Shown piece by piece: positions 58,011-64,000 of a DNA stretch of 64,000 nt. A program made the position numbers and the translations under genes. The DNA is taken from assembly GCA_016937995.1 (NCBI GenBank), contig JAFGVM010000031.1, positions 19-64,018 on the forward strand, in the 5' to 3' direction. How positions within the stretch are numbered: the first letter of the stretch is position 1; the number at the start of each line of letters is the position of its first letter. The notes below the pieces were generated by a model, which was given only the letters and a program-made list of their open reading frames with translations, was not told where the DNA came from and did no database searches. Source of the stretch: Candidatus Delongbacteria bacterium (GTDB lineage Bacteria > UBA4055).

Positions 58011-58042
58011 GCGTTTAAATAAAAAATTACGCAGGAGAATAT

Positions 58043-58927
58043 ATGCAAAAAAATGAAATTGTAAAATTCGATACGATCATTCTTAAGGATAAAATATTTT
58101 CTATTAGAAATTTACAGGTTATGTTAGACAGAGATTTAGCAATTCTTTATAATGTAAAACCATTCAGACTGAGGGAACAGGTTAAAAGAAACAAAAGAAG
58201 ATTTCCTGTAGACTTTATGTTTAGGCTTGATAAAAAAGAAATTAGCCTCATGGTATCGCAAAATGCGATACCATCCAAAAAGCATTTGGGAGGTAGTGCA
58301 CCATATGTATTTACGGAGCAAGGAGTTGCAGCATTATCTTCAATACTGACCAGTGATATAGCAATTGAAATCAGTATTAAAATAATGCGTGCATTTGTGG
58401 AAATGCGTAAATTTATTAATTCCAATTCTCAAATATTTCAAAGATTAGACAGAATTGAAGTAAAACAGATAGAAACTGAGCATAAATTTGACAAAGTATT
58501 TTCAGCATTAGAAAGTAAAAATATCATCCCAAAGCAGGGTATATTCTTTGAAGGTCAGATATTTGATGCGTACAATTTTGTATCGAATCTTTTTAAAAGT
58601 GCCAAAGAATCAGTAACTATTATAGATAATTATATAGACAATTCAGTCTTAATACATCTTACAGAAGTAAAAAAAAATATCAAAGTGAAGATATTAACCA
58701 GTTCGATTTCAGAAAAATTACAGCAGGATATTGAGAAGTTTGAGAATCAATATTTCCCGATTGAAATTAAAATATTTAAGCAATCACACGATAGATTTGT
58801 TATAATTGATGATAAAGATGTTTATCACTTGGGTGCTTCATTAAAAGATTTGGGGAAAAAGTGGTTCGCATTTTCCAAAATGGATAAGAATGCATTAAAT
58901 CTCTTGAATAAAATTGAGGAGATATAA
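58043..58927 (+). CDS. ORF6N (KilA-N-like) DNA-binding protein with a C-terminal PLD-like domain
   Basis: QVMLDRDLA..Y.V...QVKRN..RFP.DFMF, PYVFTEQGVA and C-terminal IIDNY...HDRFVIID...YHLGASLKDLGKK. Confidence 0.9.
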   Translation: MQKNEIVKFDTIILKDKIFSIRNLQVMLDRDLAILYNVKPFRLREQVKRNKRRFPVDFMFRLDKKEISLMVSQNAIPSKKHLGGSAPYVFTEQGVAALSSILTSDIAIEISIKIMRAFVEMRKFINSNSQIFQRLDRIEVKQIETEHKFDKVFSALESKNIIPKQGIFFEGQIFDAYNFVSNLFKSAKESVTIIDNYIDNSVLIHLTEVKKNIKVKILTSSISEKLQQDIEKFENQYFPIEIKIFKQSHDRFVIIDDKDVYHLGASLKDLGKKWFAFSKMDKNALNLLNKIEEI

Positions 58928-58978
58928 AAGTCAGAAGTTAGAGGTAAGACGAATATCCAATATCGAAGGTGTGTTCCC

Positions 58979-59155
58979 GTAGAGACGAGATTTATCACGT
59001 CTCACAGATTCCCCGATAATATATAAGCATACCATGAACGTAGGGGCGTTATTCATAACGCCCTAAACAAACACAACAATAACACCATAAAATACAAATA
59101 AAAATATTCGTAAACGACATCGATAAAAACAGGGCGTATGGCAATGCGCCCCTAC
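58979..59155. repeat. REP cluster including an inverted doublet (REPIN-like)
   Basis: GTAGAGACG..CGTCTC (58979), GTAGGGGCGTTA..TAACGCCCT (59040) and inverted AGGGCGTA..TGCGCCCCTAC (59131-59155). Confidence 0.75.
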
Positions 59156-59187
59156 GGTTGTTTTATTTTCACAATTTTTTCTCACTA

Positions 59188-59220
59188 GCTCACTATATGA
59201 CCTAGTACTCTTCGTATATT
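59188..59220 (+). promoter_or_regulatory. Shared promoter motif, copy 3
   Basis: GCTCA-CTATA-TGACCT-N11-TATATT. Confidence 0.6.
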
Positions 59221-59252
59221 GCGTATAAATAATAAATTACGCAGGAGAAGAT

Positions 59253-60095
59253 ATGCAAAAGAATGAAATTATAATTTATCAAAGTGGTGAAATAGAATTG
59301 AAAGTATCAATTAATAATGATACTATTTGGCTTAGACAGGATGAAATTTCAAAATTGTTCGATAAAGACAGAACCGTTATAACAAGGCATATCAATAACA
59401 TTTTGAAAGATAGAGAGGTGGATAAAAAAAGTAATGTGCAAAAAATGCACTTTGCAAATTCTGACAAACTTGTAAAATTGTATAGTCTGGATGTTATTTT
59501 GGCTGTCGGATACAGAACAAATTCAGCAAAAGCAATAAAGTTTAGACAGTGGAGTACAAATGTATTAAAGAATTATATTGTAAATGGATATGCGATTAAT
59601 ACTGATCGTATTACACATGAAAGATTCAAGGAATTGGAATATGAGGTAAAGCATTTACAGGATAAAGTAAATAATCTTTCTGAAAGAATAAGTTCAAATG
59701 AAGATATCCCCAAACAAGGAATTTTCTTTGATGGTCAGATATTTGATGCGTACAATTTTGTATCAAATCTGTTTAAAAGTGCTAAGGAATCTGTAACTAT
59801 TATAGATAATTATATAGACAATTCAGTCTTAATACATCTTACAGAAGTTAGAAGAAATATCAAAGTCAATATATTAACAAGATCTATCTCAGATAAGCTA
59901 AAACAGGATATTGAAAAATTTGAAGATCAGTATTTTAAAGTAAAGGTTAAAGTTGTTAAAAATTACCATGATAGGTTTATTATTATTGATCAAAAAGAAG
60001 TATATCACATAGGTGCATCTTTAAAAGATCTGGGGAAGAAATTATTTGGTTTTTCTAAGATGGATATTGGCTTGTTAAAATTAGAGGAGATGTAG
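59253..60095 (+). CDS. RhuM-family protein with the same C-terminal PLD-like domain
   Basis: DTIWLRQ..IS.LF..DR.VITRHI.NI, YSLDVILAVGYRTNS..AIKFRQW. The C-terminus is nearly identical to that of 58043-58927. Confidence 0.9.
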   Translation: MQKNEIIIYQSGEIELKVSINNDTIWLRQDEISKLFDKDRTVITRHINNILKDREVDKKSNVQKMHFANSDKLVKLYSLDVILAVGYRTNSAKAIKFRQWSTNVLKNYIVNGYAINTDRITHERFKELEYEVKHLQDKVNNLSERISSNEDIPKQGIFFDGQIFDAYNFVSNLFKSAKESVTIIDNYIDNSVLIHLTEVRRNIKVNILTRSISDKLKQDIEKFEDQYFKVKVKVVKNYHDRFIIIDQKEVYHIGASLKDLGKKLFGFSKMDIGLLKLEEM

Positions 60096-60116
60096 GGGTG
60101 TATCGACATAAGCCCT
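60092..60116 (+). repeat. Degenerate GTAG-type REP supplying the stop codon of the RhuM gene
   Basis: GTAGGGGTGTATCGACATAAGCCCT, with TAG at 60093-60095. Confidence 0.5.
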
Positions 60117-60174
60117 AAAAACGTACCCAAATAGATAAAATAATTGCAAAACCCCGAATTATATTTTAAAAATG

Positions 60175-60203
60175 TTGACAATTTCAAATAAAATCATTAT
60201 ATT
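60175..60203 (+). promoter_or_regulatory. Sigma70-type promoter of hipBA
   Basis: TTGACA-N17-TATATT. Confidence 0.7.
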
Positions 60204-60242
60204 GTTGAAAAATATACACATTATCTCTTAATATGTGGTTTA

Positions 60243-60590
60243 ATGATGAAAAAAACAAACAATGATTATAGAAATTTATCTGACAGAGCGATCCTGAAAG
60301 AGATAGGTTTCTTTATTAAGAATATTAGATTGGAAATGAATAAAACTCAGGAGCAGCTGGCAAAAGAAGCCGGTATCAGCCGTTTTACACTCGGTAATCT
60401 TGAAAGCGGAAAAGGGTCTAATCTGATATCACTTATACAGGTTCTTAGAATGCTTGATAAGCTGGAGTTATTGGAAAATTTCAGAACAGAACGAAAAATA
60501 AGTCCTATTGTACTTGCTGAAATGGAGATGTCTCAAAGAGTAAGAGCTTCAGGAACTAAGAAAAATAAAAAGAATAGGTCGGACTGGTAA
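60243..60590 (+). CDS. hipB: HipB-like XRE HTH antitoxin
   Basis: IRLEMNKTQEQLAKEAGISRFTLGNLESG. Its stop overlaps the hipA start. Confidence 0.88.
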   Translation: MMKKTNNDYRNLSDRAILKEIGFFIKNIRLEMNKTQEQLAKEAGISRFTLGNLESGKGSNLISLIQVLRMLDKLELLENFRTERKISPIVLAEMEMSQRVRASGTKKNKKNRSDW

Positions 60591-61876
60591 TGATAAAAGC
60601 AGCATTTGTAAATATCTGGGGCAGAAGAGTAGGAGCAGTTTCCTGGGATGCAGATAATAATGCAGCATCATTTGAATTCGATCCTTCATTCCTAAAAGCG
60701 GGATATGAACTTTCTCCGGTAAAAATGCCGTCAGTATCTGAAGGAAGAATATTTGAATTTCCGGAACTAAGGGAAAGCACAACTTTTAAGGGACTACCCG
60801 GACTGTTGGCTGACCTTCTTCCTGATAAATACGGAAATGCCCTGATAGATGCATGGCTTACCAGGAATGGAAGACCAACGGGAAGCATGAATCCTGTTGA
60901 AATGCTCTGTTTTATCGGTACAAGGGGAATGGGTGCACTTGAGATCGAACCTGCTTATCCCAAATCTGATGTAAGGACATCAACTGTCGAAATAGCCGGC
61001 CTTATCAGTGTAGCTGAAAAGATACTTTCAGGAAGAAAAGATTTTGTAACAAATGTAACCGGCAACGAAGAAAAAGCACTTGTAGATATTTTTAAGATCG
61101 GAACTTCAGCAGGCGGAGCAAGAGCTAAAGCTCTGATAGCTTATAATCCGAAAACCGGAGAAGTTAGAAGCGGACAGACAAATGCACCGAATGGATTTTC
61201 CCACTGGCTGATCAAATTCGACGGTGTCAGTGATAAGCAGTTTGGAGCTTCAGACGGTTATGGGCGTGTAGAAATGGCTTATTATAATATGGCAATTGAT
61301 TCTGGAATAGAAATGAGTCAAAGTCGATTACTAGAAGAGAACGGTCGGGCGCATTTTATGACAAGAAGATTTGACAGACCAAACAGCAAAGAAAAAGTAC
61401 ATGTTCAGACTTTCTGTGCAATGAGACATTTTGATTTTAACGATGTAGGATTATTTGGCTATGAACAGCTTTTTGAAACAATGAGGATGCTAGGTTTGCC
61501 TTATAATCAGGCTGAACAGTTATTCAGAAGAATGGTTTTCAATGTTATAGCACGCAACTGTGATGACCACACTAAAAACTTTGCATTCATAATGGATAAG
61601 AACGGGACATGGAAACTATCACCGGCTTATGATATCTGTTACGCTTACAGACCGGGAAGCGAATGGGTAAGCAGGCAATCTCTGTCCGTTAACGGGAAAA
61701 CTGAAAAAATATCTGATTCAGACCTGCTAGAATTAGCAAAGCAAATGAATATCAAAAAAGCAGGGAGTATAATATCTCATATTTCAGAAGTCATAAGCAG
61801 ATGGAATGATTACGCTGATCAGGTAAAAGTGAATATTGATCTTAGAGATGAAATAGAAAAAACACTATTAGTTTAA
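60590..61876 (+). CDS. hipA: HipA family toxin kinase
   Basis: DLLPDKYG, GTSAGGARAK, WLIKFD, RRFDR, NCDDHTKNF, LSPAYD. Confidence 0.95.
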   Translation: MIKAAFVNIWGRRVGAVSWDADNNAASFEFDPSFLKAGYELSPVKMPSVSEGRIFEFPELRESTTFKGLPGLLADLLPDKYGNALIDAWLTRNGRPTGSMNPVEMLCFIGTRGMGALEIEPAYPKSDVRTSTVEIAGLISVAEKILSGRKDFVTNVTGNEEKALVDIFKIGTSAGGARAKALIAYNPKTGEVRSGQTNAPNGFSHWLIKFDGVSDKQFGASDGYGRVEMAYYNMAIDSGIEMSQSRLLEENGRAHFMTRRFDRPNSKEKVHVQTFCAMRHFDFNDVGLFGYEQLFETMRMLGLPYNQAEQLFRRMVFNVIARNCDDHTKNFAFIMDKNGTWKLSPAYDICYAYRPGSEWVSRQSLSVNGKTEKISDSDLLELAKQMNIKKAGSIISHISEVISRWNDYADQVKVNIDLRDEIEKTLLV

Positions 61877-61965
61877 ATTTCAGTCTGTCAAAAATATTTA
61901 ATAATCAAATGTAAAATATCTTTTACACAATTATAAACCCAAAATAAGAATATTATTTCACCCCA

Positions 61966-61998
61966 CGACATTATATGTCGCAGTAGATTGTGTAAGTT
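61966..61998 (+). promoter_or_regulatory. Shared promoter motif, copy 4 (perfect palindrome)
   Basis: CGACA-TTATA-TGTCGC-N11-TAAGTT. Confidence 0.65.
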
Positions 61999-62032
61999 AT
62001 ATTATGTTAAACAAATTTACCGGGAGGTTAAA

Positions 62033-62387
62033 ATGATGACAAGCAGAGAATCTTATGAAAGAATTGAAACCTACAGAGATCGCAGGATAAGTCAGGAATT
62101 TGATATTATGATCGACCGTGAACATAAAGAAGAAGAATATATCAGTTACTCAATTGTAACATGGGTCAAAGATCCTCAGAATACCCTATCCACCACCTAT
62201 GGAGGATATTGATAAAGAAGTTTATGAGAATAAAGACAGAGGTGCAGAAATATTAAAGTTCATGGATAGAAGACTGGAAGAATTTAAAAGATCAATTGAT
62301 GCCGAACTTAAAAGCAAGACCGTAGAAAGTACTCTGATGGAAAACGGTTTCAAGAGGATAGATTATAATAATATGAATTCAAAATAA
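62033..62387 (+). pseudogene. Hypothetical protein, probably split by a frameshift (or two small overlapping ORFs)
   Basis: GGAGG RBS before ATG 62033. The downstream frame is open from 62160 (RIPYPPP-MEDID...) and has no clear RBS at 62199. Confidence 0.4.
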
Positions 62388-62423
62388 GGTTAAATATGTC
62401 AAATTTAAACTGGAGGGAGATAA

Positions 62424-62891
62424 ATGAATAAAAAAACGAAAGCCTTAAATGAATGGTTTGAGAATCTTATCAAGATATCGGCATGGTCTGATAGAACGAT
62501 CAGCGAATTTATAGAAATAGCAGAATTTAGTGTAATAGAGTTGGATAAGGAGGATCTTGCATACACGATTTATGGGTATGCAACCGGTTCTTCAAAAACA
62601 GGACAGGAGCTTTGTGATGTAGCGTTTTCAATTTTGGATACTTTAGAGGACAGAGACACTGCTTTATGTCTTTTCAGCGCTGGGGTCAATGCATTCAATG
62701 AGCTTGAAGATCTCGTAATTCTTGAAGAGAATATAAAAAAGCATTATCCTGACGAAGAGCTTCTTTTAAATGTACAAGAAAAGATCAAAGCTGCAGAGAA
62801 AGAAAAACTGCCTAAATTCAAGAAAGCTTTAAAAGGATATGATAAGAATGAAGTGGACCAATACATTAAAAAATTGAGAATGGAAAATTGA
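62424..62891 (+). CDS. Hypothetical protein with a C-terminal DivIVA-like motif
   Basis: GGAGG RBS. Ends FKKALKGYDKNEVDQYIKKL, matching the F..xxRGYD..EVD DivIVA N-terminal motif. Confidence 0.6.
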   Translation: MNKKTKALNEWFENLIKISAWSDRTISEFIEIAEFSVIELDKEDLAYTIYGYATGSSKTGQELCDVAFSILDTLEDRDTALCLFSAGVNAFNELEDLVILEENIKKHYPDEELLLNVQEKIKAAEKEKLPKFKKALKGYDKNEVDQYIKKLRMEN

Positions 62892-62930
62892 GAATTAATT
62901 ACCAATAATACCCAAGAGATACCATGAACC

Positions 62931-62956
62931 GTAGGGGAATGCCCCTATGCGTTCCC
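62931..62956 (+). repeat. GTAG-type REP
   Basis: GTAGGGGAATGC..GCGTTCCC, preceded by ATACCATGAAC as at 59029. Confidence 0.6.
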
Positions 62957-63091
62957 ACCTCGCATTCACAACGCTCCAATCGGGATTGATTTGCCGATGA
63001 TGGACGGAGAGGATAATTTGGAAAGATCCTGTACGGTCTGGAAAGCGGATTATTTAACACCAACTTCTAATTTCTAAATTGTTTTCTTCCA

Positions 63092-63124
63092 CGCCATTAT
63101 ATGTCCCTTTGCTATCATTATCTT
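63092..63124 (+). promoter_or_regulatory. Shared promoter motif, copy 5
   Basis: CGCCA-TTATA-TGTCCC-N11-TATCTT. Confidence 0.65.
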
Positions 63125-63151
63125 ACCTGTGTTGTTGGAAATCCGTGTTTC

Positions 63152-63175
63152 AGGCGAATGTTGATTCGCCCCTAC
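63152..63175 (-). repeat. GTAG-type REP (inverted)
   Basis: AGGCGAATGTTGATTCGCCCCTAC. Confidence 0.65.
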
Positions 63176-63219
63176 TTCTAACTTCTAACTTCTAACTTCT
63201 AACTTCTAACTTCTAACTT
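63174..63219 (+). repeat. Heptamer tandem repeat (ACTTCTA)x6.5
   Basis: Six perfect copies plus ACTT, just upstream of the RBS of the next gene. Confidence 0.95.
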
Positions 63220-63237
63220 TAAAACCAGAGGTGACAC

Positions 63238-64000
63238 ATGAACACAAAAATATCTCACTACAAGCTGCTGGAAATAACTGAGAATGAAATGAATCTCTTA
63301 AAACCGAAATCAACCAAAGAACTAAAAATGTTGATGAAGGAATACAACCTGACGCTTGAAGAGGCAACTTTATTCACATTTCTACTCGGAAAATATATAG
63401 AAAAGAACCGTGTTTCAATCACGGATTTTGAAAGTGACAGGATAAAATCCGGAAGTAAAGATTATTTTAAAATACTCAAAACCCTAAAATCTCTGGTTAA
63501 GAAGGATATTATTATCATAGATAAACGAAGGGGGAGAAGTGAACTGCTTGATCCTGCAATAGAAATTGATGAGGGAATATTTTCTCAGATAGTTCTTGGA
63601 GAGGAATTATTCGAAGGAGTTGATTTTAATAAAGCATTTTCTATTATTGAAGCAGTTAATGATCTGTTAGAAAAAAGAGATGATAAAAAAGTAAGTGAAA
63701 GCAAATTTTTCAATGATTACAAGATACTGTTAAAAAAAATCAATAAAGAACTTTCACTTTATGGTATTATTTCAAAATACACTGATATCGAACAGCTAAT
63801 GATCTTTAAATCCTGCATTGAAAAGATAAAAGGTTATGGGACAGAGGAATGTAACAGATTTTTTTCATCTGTCTATGATTCGATTTCTGATGTAGCTGCA
63901 AGTATGAAAAAAATATATAGCAACAGTCTAAAAAGTTTCAGGGATAAAGTATTGATACTCAATGAGGATTCTCCATACAGGAACAGACCGGATTTTGATA
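63238..64000 (+). CDS. Partial ORF running off the window, possibly the N-terminal region of an AAA+ ATPase
   Basis: GAGGT RBS, ATG 63238, open to the window end (MNTKISHYKLL...). No Walker motif lies in the window, so the product is a guess. Confidence 0.6.
   Translation, partial: MNTKISHYKLLEITENEMNLLKPKSTKELKMLMKEYNLTLEEATLFTFLLGKYIEKNRVSITDFESDRIKSGSKDYFKILKTLKSLVKKDIIIIDKRRGRSELLDPAIEIDEGIFSQIVLGEELFEGVDFNKAFSIIEAVNDLLEKRDDKKVSESKFFNDYKILLKKINKELSLYGIISKYTDIEQLMIFKSCIEKIKGYGTEECNRFFSSVYDSISDVAASMKKIYSNSLKSFRDKVLILNEDSPYRNRPDFD

Noticed and set aside
4207-60888. Numerous 60-140 aa ORFs antisense to or nested in long genes (e.g. 4207, 10786, 33790, 41957, 43715, 60556)
   Set aside because: They overlap well-supported genes, lack an RBS and recognisable motifs, and are treated as shadows.
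63174-63219. CRISPR array
   Set aside because: It is a spacer-less heptamer tandem repeat. No repeat-spacer arrays or cas genes were seen anywhere in the window.

Overview
Low-GC bacterial chromosome segment. Gene content suggests an anaerobic, fermentative member of the FCB superphylum (inference from the alpha2-type GlyRS, a PorD/DUF4835-like protein, a T9SS/FlgD-like C-terminal domain and Bacteroidota-type lanthipeptide leaders; Ca. Delongbacteria-like is a guess). The housekeeping backbone includes the alr 3' end, mutS2, tmRNA, citrate lyase, split transketolase, nth, glyQS, glmS, a pseudouridine synthase and tRNA-Val. It also carries a complete [FeFe]-hydrogenase locus (hydA, a fused NuoE/NuoF-like subunit, hydGEF) with non-bifurcating signatures and Rex-like boxes. 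Three accessory regions stand out. (1) An islet between alr and mutS2 holds a frameshifted GIY-YIG/NUMOD1 nuclease and a RelE-type TA pair. (2) At 21-29.5 kb, a dead-transposase/HTH-TPR protein is followed by an unannotated 55-aa secreted peptide (RRNPP-like layout), then a receiver protein, a LanC-AraC chimera, one intact and one hidden pseudogenised class I lanthipeptide precursor, and a large secreted protein. (3) A 51-64 kb defence/stress island holds a nucleotide-cyclase-like protein, PD-(D/E)xK and NucC-like nucleases, ORF6N/RhuM twins and HipBA, and five of its units share a palindrome-N11-TANNNT promoter. Many GTAG-type REP hairpins are scattered throughout. No CRISPR array, rRNA, integrase or intact transposase was seen. 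All family calls are by motif recognition, without database searches.
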